Assembly: GCA_040285825.1 (NCBI GenBank)
Contig: JAUPSS010000005.1
Coordinates: 1,054,001-1,118,000, forward strand
DNA: 64,000 nucleotides
Direction: 5' to 3'
Source of the DNA: Eukaryota sp. TZLM1-RC
Taxonomy: Eukaryota > Protista > Metamonada: BaSk clade
The position numbers were made by a program, and so were the translations under genes. Below are positions 48,401 through 60,681 of the stretch, one piece after another. Position 1 is the stretch's first letter, and every line of letters begins with the position of its first letter. Below the pieces are notes generated by a model. It was not told where the DNA came from and did not search any database. It saw nothing but the letters and a program-made list of their open reading frames with translations.

Positions 48401-49599
48401 CTTCTTCAAATGTATGAGCCAAAGGTGATGGATTCAAATGAATCAAGAGTGACAATAGGTGACACAGGACAAGCAAGACATCAGCGACAACGGAATAAGG
48501 AGTTAAGCAGAATCGAACAGTCAAAGCCATTTGTAAAGAACATAACTAAGAGGAAAGCTGAACAGGATGGTTTAATGACATAACATGGTATTGGACAAAT
48601 AGCCTAACAGGAGTAGAAATAAGGATAACTGAAAGGGAAGATTTTAGGAAGGATTGTTAGTGTTTGCAGTTTTGAACTTTGGGTGAAAATCCACTGATAA
48701 TTATCAATCATCAACGACATACACACCAAAGCACCTTTATGGAGAGGCTCACTGCTAGGTGGTCTGTTTAATTGGTTGTTGTGTTCATTGTGCTTATTTA
48801 GGGGAAACTTTTTTCCTTTCGCACAAATCTGCTCCTACAAGAACTCCTTTTTTTAAGAAGAAGAATTCCACCAAATAATCATTAGGACACAGCAGTCGAT
48901 ACTTGATAATTGCATGGAGAGAAATTTAATGAAGAATTTGTTATTGTCTCATATATTTACATTTATTTTATACATTTAGCTTCTCTTCTTGTTTAATTTT
49001 TGTGTGACTATTTACAAAGACCATTTGATTAACCTTTTTTGCTTTCACCATATTTCAACTGTATTAAGTGGTAATATTGCTGATTTTGTTGAATGAGTTT
49101 TTTTTGTTTTTTTATAATATTTATTTTGATATAAGCTATATTTATTTGATCTATTTTATTGAGAAACTGTTGTTTGCTAACTATATTGTTTTTTCTTCAA
49201 TTGTTCAAAAGGGAATTGATGTTTCTCACCCACCATGTGGTGTTTTACACCACTTATTAAATAATTGTTGTCAATATTATATATCGTTTTTTTGTTTTTA
49301 CAAAAATTTGTATAACAATTGATGATTTAGACAATGTCCTTCATTGCATTTCTTTCCAATTGTTGTATCTTTTAATTGTCAGGTATATTGAATTAGCAAA
49401 GAGGTGTTAATTGAAAATACTTTTTGAAAATGAAAAGTGCATAACCGACATTGATTTCGGAGTAGTTAAGCAAACTTTCCAGAAAATATTTTGAATCAGT
49501 TACGTTGGTTTTGGATCAGGAATGCTTTTATACGTTTATTTTTGATTTTTTTTGTCATTAATGAAATTTATTTTCAACGCTAACAAAACATTAAACAAA

Positions 49600-49890
49600 A
49601 AACTAGAACTCAATATCCTCAATACATGCATCAACATAATCAAATCTTTTAAGCGCGCGATTTTCATACTCTATTCCTAATTGTAACAGTGCTTTGGTCA
49701 ACATTTCCGGAATTGCTTTAAGAATACTAAAAACAATTCTATCGTGCCAGAAATTGAAGTTCAATTCTTTTCCTGCTCTTTCTTTTATTAAACTTCTGAA
49801 ACCTTCAAGAAATTTAATGCCGAATATTCCAATGTTACCAAAAAGAGAAACAGCAAATGGAACCAGCTGATACTTGACATGCTCAACACG
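49600..49890 (-). mobile_element. 3' CRE-like RLE fragment (duplicated at 61420-61700, plus strand)
   Basis: YQLVPFAVSLFGNIG...FWHDRIVFSILK. Confidence 0.7.
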
Positions 49891-50500
49891 TCCTAGCTGA
49901 GATAATTTTATTTTTGATCAATTTATAGTTTTCGGGCTGAAAGAATGAGCTGGAAGCAAAAAAGTTCAATTGAATTGTGAAAAAATTCAACACATGATGG
50001 GAGTATCATCATTGATTCATTAGTCATAAATTGGAAAAATATATAAAATCAGTGTAACTTATAAACACAAAATCAATACTTTCATTAAATCTGATAGGTT
50101 TAGGTCTCCAAAAAGCAATTATTCTCTTCTTTGCTTCAAAACATGCGACTTTTTTGTTTTGTCTTCCCTATACCAATCAAAACTGTTTTTTTCCTAACCT
50201 CAATTAATGAATGAATTGGAGCAACTTTTTTTCTCAATAAATATTCCAGTTTTAAAAAAAATGGAGCAACATAAAATTATTTTTTATTTTCAAAATGGTA
50301 AAGGTCATCAGAAATGGCTATGTGGTGTGACCAAAAAGTATTGTCTCCACCATAAAAACAAAGACTTTTTAAAAAACTAGAAAAAGAAAAAATAGGCAAG
50401 ATATATAAACAGTGATTAATGTCGTTAGTTGTGAATTAATTAATTATAATAAAAGAATGACATAGAATTTATTTATTTTGTTTTAATTTTTTTAAAGCCT

Positions 50501-52690
50501 TCACTTGATTGAACCAAACCTTCTTTTAAAATTATTCTTATCTTCAAGTGTTAAGTTGTTGTGGAGTAACCACAACTTAGCTCTTGAATTTAGATTCATT
50601 GCTTGAATCAAAGCTTGACACCCTTGATGATCAATGTTGTTACCTTGTATATAAAGTTTTTTTAGCTGACGATTAACTTTTAAAGCTTCACTTAAAGCAA
50701 TTGCTCCTTTATTACCGCAATCTGTGTAACTGACATGAAGTGAAAGCAATGAAATATTTGATTTTAAAGCATTAGCAAGGTATTGAATACCTTGGTCACC
50801 TACAGGGTTGTTATTCAACCACAGCTCCTCTAATAAAGAATTAACTACCAAAGCATCAGCTAATGCTTGACAGCCATTATGAGTGATTTTGTTAACCCTC
50901 AGATCTAGTTTTGCTAATGAAAAGTTGATCTTTAAGGCTTGCGCAAGTGCAGTTGCCCCTCTATCATTGATATTGTTATTTTCAAAATAAAGTGATTTGA
51001 TATGTTGATTATCTTTTAGATAAACGGCAATACCAATCACTTCGTCTTCATTAATATTGCTTCGAATCAATTCGATTTCTTTTTGTTCCTCCTTGATTGC
51101 CTTCACTAAGAACTTTCGTGGCAGTGATAGTGAGTTGACATTTTCGGAAAAATCTTTATGTTGAAATTCGTTGAACAAATCAAGTGAATAGTGCAAATCA
51201 TTTTTCAATTCCATAAGTTTAGATCTTATTCGGGAAAAAGAGTAATACTTTCACCAAGAACAACTTGAAGTTCACAAAAAAGGGCTCGTTGTGTTATTTG
51301 CGTGGTTAATTAATTCTAACGTTGTTTTAATTTATCTTCCAGAGCATGAGCTGTTTTTAATTGTTGATTAGCATTAGCCAATTGATTCTTGTATGATTCT
51401 GCCTCTGACTTGCAGATATCAAGTTGATTTCTAGTATATTCCCCTACATCCAAAATTTTTCTTTTTTCCGTTGTTTGGTCAGAGACCAAAGAAGGTTCCA
51501 AATATGGTCTCTTTAATGGCATTTCATTTGAAGCCTTTCTTCGAAAATATTCACTGTTTGTGGCTTCTAATGCAGCCTGTAGATCATATTCTTGCTGAAT
51601 TTTGGTTGATTGAAGTTTTTGAAGATTGTAATTGATCTTCCAATTCCTTTATCTTAGCTTCTTGTTGCCTAATTTTTCTAAGATTACAGATTTATCATAG
51701 CGAGCAGTTTGAAGCTCAGCGGAAAGGGCTTCATTACGTTCTTTCAGTTGATTTTGATGAGCCTGAACTGCTCGTAAATGTTGATTAGCATTTGAGAATT
51801 CAGTCTTTAAGGATTCTGCTTCTGATTTATAAATAACAAGTTGTTTTCTAGTATCTTCAAGTGTTTTTTGGGTATTAATTAAGGCTTCATTGTTCTTCTT
51901 CATTGATTCAACATGGACAAATAATTCGGATCGAAGTGCAGTCATCTTTTGAACAGCTTCGAATTCACGCTGGGAAAGTTCGTTTAAATTTGATTGTGAT
52001 TTAATCAGCTTTTGTTCATAAAAGATTTTGAGTTGAGAAATTTCATCTTGTGTAGATTCTTCTAAATAAGAAATTTTAATTAAACGTTGTTGATGACGTG
52101 CAGTGGTGTTGAGCGAAGAACACCAAGTAAGTCTTCTATTAAAAGAGCTGGCTCTGGGTTCTTCATCAATAAGACGTTGATTTAGTAATAATTGTAAATT
52201 CTTTTCCTTCAATTCTTTAATTTCATTTTCATATCGTTTCAATAAAGCTCTATCATCCAAAACTTCATTAATTTTTGTTTTAATTTGAACACTTTTAGCC
52301 CACATTGCGAACTCCAAAGTACTTTTGGTAACTTCAAAATGCTTTACATGGGGAGTGATACAGCAAATCATTACGGTTAATGAATTACCAACCAAAACAT
52401 TCATTAGCACATGAGTTAACTTGGAATCTCGATAATTAACAAAACCAGAGGGATTTGATTGTAATTTTGAAATTAAAGTTCCTAATGATAATAGTGACTT
52501 GTTAATATTACCAGCTTCTTTCAACTGAGTTCCTTTCGCTCCAGTTTGAGAAGCTCCTTCACTACCAGCTAAATCTACAAAGTGTAAATGAGAAATTCTA
52601 ACAACACCAATCAGAATTTGGTGATTTGTCCTGTGATTCTAGAATTATTCTAAAAATAGATTGACTTCCAGAACTTCTGTCATTTTTAAC
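50501..52690 (-). pseudogene. Kinesin-7 (CENP-E-like) motor C-half + coiled-coil repeats + RNI-like LRR domain, frameshifted
   Basis: NDRSSGSQSIFRIILES, HFVDLAGSE, EAGNINKSLLSLG, YRDSKLT, TLEFA, RRLTWC; LRR NNINDRGATALAQALKIN repeats at 50501-51214. Confidence 0.8.
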
Positions 52691-52693
52691 TTG

Positions 52694-53955
52694 TATGACA
52701 TTTTAAGGTAGGATATTTCTCTCTGATCCATGACCTAAAATTCTCAACGTCAAGAAATGCATTTACTGGGTTATACCAAGTTCGACACTTTGAAGATTTG
52801 TTTCTCTCATCAACTAAACATAGGGTGTAACCATTTCTCTTAAAGAAATTTCTCCATCCAACTCCTCTACTTCATGGATGAAGCTTCAAATTCTTTCTCT
52901 TATTCCCATTGTCACCAAACATTAGGATAGTGTCTTCTTGCTTCAATTGCTTTTCAGCCATTCTTTTCAATGACTGAGCCTCGCTTTTCTGATGATGGAC
53001 ATATTTTTGCATTTTTTGAATGCGCCATATCATTCAACAGTAGTACTCAGATGTAATTGTCATGTTTGGCAGCTTGGAAGCAACATAAGAATAGAAAATA
53101 TTATAAATGGAAAATTTTGATGATTCTTTTCATAATGTAGTTTCTGTTTCTTCCACTTTGATTCCATTTTGGAAAATGTACTCTTTGCTTTTCAATTTTC
53201 TGAATTTTTGGTGAACTCTCGATACCCTTGACCACTCCAATTCTGTTAATCTCAACCACTCATATTGTTTATCTCTTTTTAGTTGGTTTTTTGCATTAAA
53301 TTTAAATCTTTTTTGACTACAACAATAAAATAAATCACTTTTACCAGGGTCAATATGTACTTTGTGTTTTGATGATAGAACTTCAACATCCAAATCATCC
53401 AGATAGTTTTCAGCGGTTGCAAACTTTGCACTATCAGGCTTGAATGACATGCCAATACAATCTTCTCTTGCTAGCTCAATACAGACTGCACAACCATCAG
53501 TTTTATGGTGTTGTTAAACTTGTAGTTTTTGGAGTAAATAGTCTATTAAATTCAAACAAATAAGACCAAAATAAATTTTGTTCTTATGGACTCATATGTT
53601 TAATGTCAGCTATTGAATTCCACTTCAAATTTTTTTTTGTCATTAATTTCATCATTTGTAAAAAAGAACGTCGAATTACCCCATAGTTCTTGACTTTTAA
53701 CTACAGATAATTCAGGTATTTTTTTTTTCAAACAACTGGTATGGCATTAAATGTTTTTCCCTTTGCGTCATCTATAAAATTATGAATTTTGATAGCTGAT
53801 TTGATGAAAGATTAGGGATACTTTTGCACAGTGGAAAGTAATGATTGAACTTCAACAGTCTGCTCCTCATTTTTTGAATTTTTTACTACAATAAATACAG
53901 GAAAAACTGAATTCACCCAATTCTCATCTTTCAATAATTTACAAATTTTGGGATG
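52694..53955 (-). pseudogene. Fanzor fragment (copy 3)
   Basis: Homologous to 29490-30660: IKTDG, HIDPGKSD, LMFGDNG, LVDERN, KCH; joined directly to the kinesin fragment. Confidence 0.8.
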
Positions 53956-54350
53956 AGTACTGTTTAAAATAACAGTTTCTGCTGATTGTTTCCAACAATT
54001 TGAAATAGTCTTAACTTGTACCATGTTAACTTACTAGAACACTGCAGATTGTCTCTGTTCAAATTCTCTTGTTATGTTTTTTATTCTTGAGGCACACTGT
54101 TTTATAACATAGACCGCAAGACAACGTACACTTAGTCATATAGTGCCTTTCTCTGCCACAATTTCCACATTTTCTTCAAATTATTGAAGGCTTCACAGCA
54201 AAGAATACCAAACAGATGTTCATGAAAAAGGGTTCAAGGAAAACAATAAAGGTATTTGATTTCTGTTGAAAACATTGTCAACTGCAATTTACACCCATCA
54301 TGTATCTACCATTGTGATAAAATCGGAATCAGGATGCTTTTGTTAGAAAA

Positions 54351-55050
54351 CAAACAGATAAGGATTTTGTGGAGGGCACCTTGATTTAATGAATTTCTTT
54401 TTCTGTCACTATTCCCATGGATATACTCTATTAGTATTGATATACTGTCAGAATCTCGATACTTTTAATGATAAGACACAGAAAAATACTCAACGAGTTG
54501 TATCTCTATAACCTACTACTATACTATTGCTAATCAAATTACAACTATTTCAAAAGCTATACAATATAATATCTGGTGTTAAACATTGATGACATACATA
54601 TTACAAGTTAATTGAAATCAATGATTATTATAACAAAATACTGCATAAAGATTCAAATTAAAAAAAGAAAAAGTTAAACAATTATTTTTGTTTTTGAATT
54701 GATGGAACTTCCCAAATGATTTATTATGAAAATTAAAAAATATGTAACAGTTAGTTGAAATACGAAATTGATCAGAATAAATATATTCAAAATATGCGAA
54801 ACACAAATACACTGTTGGTGATCGGTCTCAGTGTAGAACTTCTTCTAATGCAGATTGTGTCACATTAAGACTAATTTTTTCCCAACTTTTTTTTACAAAC
54901 ACTGTTAATAAAACTTATTCTTGTGCTAACTTAAAAGATTGACTTATTACATTAGAATTGAAGGGATAAGTTGAACTCATGGTGTGAATTACAGAAAATT
55001 ATGTCAAATTTTATGGTGGCTTATGCCACATGTTAAAAGATGATGACTTT
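54351..55050. repeat. Left arm of inner inverted repeat (partner ~59290-60010)
   Basis: 54351-54720 is nearly identical to the reverse complement of 59640-60010; identity decays inward. Confidence 0.8.
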
Positions 55051-56389
55051 CAAAAACTGTTGATAGTAATGAAAAAAATGTCTCGGGGGATTGTGATTAA
55101 ATTTTAACAAGAATCGACACTTATATGGAGTGTAAAGTACAATCTTTAAAATACCTTCATATTAAACTCAGAAAATTTGGACGCTGATCATCATTGGCTG
55201 TTCATGTTGCTAATTCAATTTTCAAGAATCATTGAGGTTGCAATTAATTTTTTCTTGAGTATATTACCTACTGCTGATAACCTTGATTGATGAATTATTC
55301 GACAAAAAATGCAGGATGGATTCAAACTTTTCCCTCCAATTTGATCATTATGTCAATAAGGACCTGCTACATTGTGTCACATTTGTGCAGTTATCCAAGT
55401 TATCAATTCCCCGAATTAAACATTAGACTTGAATTTAGACATGATTCAATTTTAAATAATAGTGTTAACTATTGCTGTTTTTATTGAACAATATTACAGA
55501 ATAGTTGAGACAAAAATATGAATTTCAGTTGAAGTGGTATACCCATAAATTCCACTTCAGAATTCTGTATATATAGTGTAATAAACAATCAAAAAAGATC
55601 AACAACAGTGATTTATGGTAACGATTGACTACAATAATAATAGCCGAAGAATCTGTTCCATTTTATGTGGAATAGTGAAGCGTGCTTGGTGGAGCCATAT
55701 TGTTGAATTTTGCTTGTAACACCTTTTCCAATAAACAAGGACGGAGTCTACAGGTTTGTTGAATAGCGTTATCCCTTATTTCAATTAAGAAATTAACAAA
55801 ACCATTTTAGGCACAAAATTGAAGTTGTCGAAAGGCAACCTAAAAGAACGAATCTACTGCACAATTTCAAAACATCAACAAGATTTTTGCTCTTACCCAA
55901 CTAGTAAGGACAAATCTCTTCATATCACGAAACTTATATAATTGAATTGAAATTCACTTATGAACAGATCCATTATAATCTAATCGTTCAGTTTAAAACT
56001 CACAAAACAATTAATTATAACTTGAAAATAAAGCACTATCGGGTAGAAACTAAAACGATAACAGATTCGTTTTCATTTTGTTAATTAGAAATTATGACAT
56101 CATCTTGCAAAATAACTAATTGACAATTACTGGCACCTCAACTTGAATGATTCAAATGCTGCCACTTCAAATTACTTACATTAAAAGTCCATATTCAAAT
56201 CTCATAATGTGTTAGCTTTAGTAATTTTCCACAAAACTTTGCTTGAAAACAGGTAAATATTCGTGACGTAATGATAATGAATAAACAATTTTCAGATCTT
56301 ATTACTCATAATCTATGATTCTGTTTTTAAAACTATTTAAGTTATTATTTATTATTATTATAGAGTGACAACATACAGCTAAAAAGTAG

Positions 56390-56968
56390 AATTTATAGGA
56401 AAAATTCTCCACATCTACCCTTACATTTCTATATAACTTTTTGAATATCTGAGACAAGTACTTGGGAAAGCTTCGAAATAAAGCAAAGATGATTCTATTA
56501 CGCCAAATGGAAATGTTAAATAATCTGTTACGTTCAAGACATAACTTGGCAAAAGAATCAAGAATCTTTTGACCTATCTTACCAATACTTCCAAAAATCG
56601 AAATTGCAAACGGAATGAAGACAAAAGAAGAGTATAAAATTTGATTAAGATTCCTCATTACTTCGTCATACAACTGATTCTTACGTGCCTCCGCCTGACA
56701 CAGATGCGAATTTTCATCATTAAAAACTGAAGACAAGTACACTTTAGCACAAGGGTCAACGGTAGTAAAATCAACAACCGCCTGAGATGAGTTAGTAAAG
56801 GGTACAATCAAATCTCCACGACGACAGTTGAAAATATCGTTATCACTGTAGTGTTTCAGTAAAGGTTCTATTTTCCCATTAAAACGATGCCACTTAAACA
56901 TCTCATATGTCACATCACGAACTGAATTATGTAAGATTGACCTGAACTGAAGGATTTTTTTACAATTT
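56390..56968 (-). mobile_element. 5'-truncated CRE-like RLE fragment
   Basis: CKKILQFRSILHNSVRDVTYEMFK...RRGDL...VVDFTTVDP...WRNRIIFALF. Confidence 0.85.
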
Positions 56969-57441
56969 AAGTTAAATTTATTAAACCCGTAGTCTGAATA
57001 TGTTTGGCAGACTGAATGAATAAATTCTTTTGAAACTTGTACTGAGTGGTCAACATTACAGAGATGACATAGTCCTTCTTCAAAGAGATCTATAAAAAAG
57101 AGTTGCTGATCCGAGTTTCATCAAAACTCATATACAATTCTTTAAGGTGATGGATACAAGCACAAATCCCAATAAATATAATGGATGATCGTTCCAATCA
57201 ATTATAAATAAAAGTGTCAAATTCATACGTTGAAATTTTGTTTTTGTCAAGAAAAACGTAATCCAAAAACGGTTCGTAAAGATAAACATCTGTCAACAAA
57301 TTATTGAGATTATAATTGAAATGCAAAAACATGAAAATTTGTCTCTTGTTTAATTGATAATTCTGCTGTAGAGCTATTTTTTTGACCAGATCCTAAGGCT
57401 TATATGTTATGATGAATCAATACCGTTAATATTAATTTGTC

Positions 57442-58780
57442 TTATTTATAAGGATTGTTTACACGAATTCTGGAACCAAACCTTGCTTTAAGTTCTCTCA
57501 TTTTCCCTTCAGTTAGGCTGTTGCCTCGAAGCCACAACTTCACTCTTGTATTGACCACCATTGCTTCAGCCAAAGCTTCACCACCTTGATCGTCAATCCT
57601 ATTAAAGTCTAAATGAATTTCGTTAAGCCCAGCAATGACCTTTAAAGCTTCGCTTAACGCAATTGCCCCTGAGTTATCACACATGACGTGATCCAAATCA
57701 ATGAAAATTAATTGGCCATTAACTTCCAAAGCTTTGGTAAGAAATACCATACCCCGAGCGCCGATGGGATTTCTATTTAACCAAAGAATCTTCAACGTAC
57801 TGTTCAAAACTATGGCATCTGAAAACGCTTTACACCCAAAATGAGTGATGTTATTGCACGCAATATCAAGTTCCTCAATATGGGGATTGGCTGTGAGACC
57901 AGCGGAAACTAAAATTTCTTGATGTTGGTCTAAATTGCGGTTGCGTAGATTAACGGATTTTTGAATATTATTGCCTGGAAACATTTCTTTAACAAGAAAA
58001 TCATTTTCTTCATTCAGTTGTGACCCTGAACGAATACGATAATTTTCACGATGAAGCTGGACCGCTAATGTTGTAAAATACTGTAATTCAGCTTCCAAAT
58101 CCTCAAATTTAGCTTGTCGTTGGCCTAATTCTTCAAAGGTAACAGTACTTTCAACACGAACCGTTTGAAATTCAGAGGAAAGGGCTTCATTACGTTCTTG
58201 TAATTGATCTGGATGAGCATGAGCTGCTCGTAACTGTTGATCAGCATTAGATAACTGATTTGTTAAAGATTTAGCACCTGATTTAAATAAATCAAGTTCA
58301 TATCAACTATCTTCGAGTGCTTTTTGAGCATTATTGAGGGTTTCATTGTTTCATTGATTCAACATGAGCTAATAATTGGAGTTCCAAAGCACTAATCTTT
58401 TGAACAGCTTCAGATTCACGTTGGACAACTTCGTTTAAATTTGATTGTAATGTATTAAGATTCTGTTCATAAAAAGTTTTGAGTTCAGAAAATTTGGTTT
58501 GTTTAAGTTCTTCTAACTCAGAAATTTCAGCTCAGTGTCGCTGATTGAGTACAGTAATCTCTTCTTCTAATTGATTATTATAAGTAAAAATTTTCTTTTC
58601 CTTGTCTTGTAATGCAGCACGAAGATCAGCATTTTCACGGTGACTTTTAGTGACTAAAGCATTTGCAGACTGCAAATCAGCTTCCAATTCTTTAATCTGA
58701 GTTTCTCGTTGGTTCTATTTTTCGAAGGTAGCAGTACTTTCATCACGAACCGTTTGAAGCTCCGAGGAAAGCTCATTCGA
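57442..58780 (-). pseudogene. Coiled-coil repeat + RNI-like LRR protein, paralogue of 50501-52100
   Basis: ERNEALSSEFQ coiled-coil repeat runs in frame into LRRs (NNITHFGCKAFSDA, NPIGARG, NRIDDQGGEALAEA); upstream stops and frameshifts. Confidence 0.75.
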
Positions 58781-59289
58781 ATTAAAGAAGTTTTAGCTAG
58801 ACAGCAAGTATAGCAAGATTTTGTGGATGAAATCTTGGTTCTATGAATCTCGTTCCATTGGTTATGAGTTTATCTTAAGTGTGCAATTTCAATAAATTTA
58901 TTTGTATTCAAATAAGTTTCGCAAATCAGGATCACAACGATATTGCAAAATGTGGAATTTCCAGGATACAAAATTGATATTCTGTATTCAATCAATAGAA
59001 TTTTAAATGTTCATCATTTCCGGAGACACTTGACTTAGCATTGCTGAAAAGCGCTTGCACCCCAGAACTGTTACTATTAAGTCAATAGTGTAACGGAAAA
59101 TAGTCTCATGCTAATTCTGCAGCGAAACCGTTGTTGTCATATTTAGTGACAATTTCATGATAATATCAACAACAAATTATAGATATAATTGATTTTTTCG
59201 CTTTGATAAAACACTCATTAACATTGAACTTTGCAACTATCTCCTCTTCATCAACAACTTTTTCCAATTGTCATTATTACCACGTGTGA

Positions 59290-60010
59290 ACTTTTTTAAA
59301 AGTCATGGTTGTCTTCAATATCATTTAACCTGTGCCATGAACTATCATAAGATTTTATATAGTTTCTGAAATTCACAAAATGAGTTCAACTTATCTCTTC
59401 AACTTTCCGGTAATAATGGAATCTGCTTAATCAGTACAAGAATAAGTTTTATTGGCAGATCTTGTAAATAAAAGGCAAGGATAAATTAGTTCCAAAAAAT
59501 CACACTCTGCGATAAAAGAAGTTCTGCACTGAGACTGTTCAAAAACAGTGTATTTACGTTTCGCTTCTTCTGAATCTATTTATTCTGATTAATTTCGTAC
59601 TTTAACTAACTGTTACATATTATTATATCTCCACAATAAATCATTTGGACAGTTCCATCAATTCAAAAACAAAAATAATTGTTGAACTTTTTCTTTTTTT
59701 TAATTTGAATCTTTATGCAGTATTTTGTTATAATAATCATTGATTTCAATTAACTTGTAATGTGTATGTCATCAATGTTTAACACCAGATATTATATTGT
59801 ATAGCTTTAGAAATAGTTGTAATTTGATTAGCAATAGTATAGTAGTAGGTTATAGAGATACAACTCGTTGAGTATTTTTCTGTGTCCAATTATTATCAGT
59901 ATCGAGATTTTGACAGTATATCAATACTAATAGAGTATTCTCATGGGAATATCGACAGAAAAAGAAATTCATTAATTCAAGATGCCCTCTACAAAATCCT
60001 TATCTGTTTG
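59290..60010. repeat. Right arm of inner inverted repeat
   Basis: Reverse complement of 54351-55050. Confidence 0.8.
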
Positions 60011-60681
60011 TATTCTATGGGACTAGTGACAGTTCTAACAAATATGAGAGACTTCGATCGTACTGGCATTAGAATTTAGATATTATATATAAAATAGATA
60101 TACACTAGCATAAACATTAAGTGTTTGGTTGAATGGTAGTGAATGCGATCGCACTCACATAATGTCACACCACAAAAGCAAAAGAAACATTAACGCAGTT
60201 AAAAATATCTAAAACAATTTAAAACAGTCAATTTAACTAAATCATAAACGACCAAAAGGAAGCAATTGTACATCAACTATTGTACAGACCAATTTGAACA
60301 CCATCAATGTAGTTCACCCACAATGATAACAACAAAGAAAACAATTGATTCCTTACCAAAAGAAGGGTGTTATTACACAGTATTGGTGTTACGCATAACA
60401 GAAGTCAGTAACTACAATTGAATAACTGTTTAAAACTACATAAATATGCAATATTCGAACAACTATTTAAGACTGTCAAAATTCTACAAGGCTTTCATTC
60501 ATATAAATAACAAACAAATTTAATCAAAACTAAATTATAGTGAATAAACACAAGGAAAATGATATAATTTTTTCAAAAAATAATTTATTAAAAGTTTGTG
60601 TTTGAAAATAGAATATGAAAGTTTATTACAATTCTCCTGAATCAATATTTTCCTACAGTGTTAGGATGGGTGAGAAACATT

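Larger units (their letters stand above)
47225..50630. repeat. Left arm of a ~3.3-kb inverted segmental duplication
   Basis: Reverse complement of 60682-63820; ORFs 48347/62977 and 49068/62235 translate almost identically. Confidence 0.9.

Noticed and set aside
49068-49322. Hydrophobic ORF conserved in two copies (also 61990-62235)
   Set aside because: T-rich low-complexity sequence; conservation is explained by the recent duplication.
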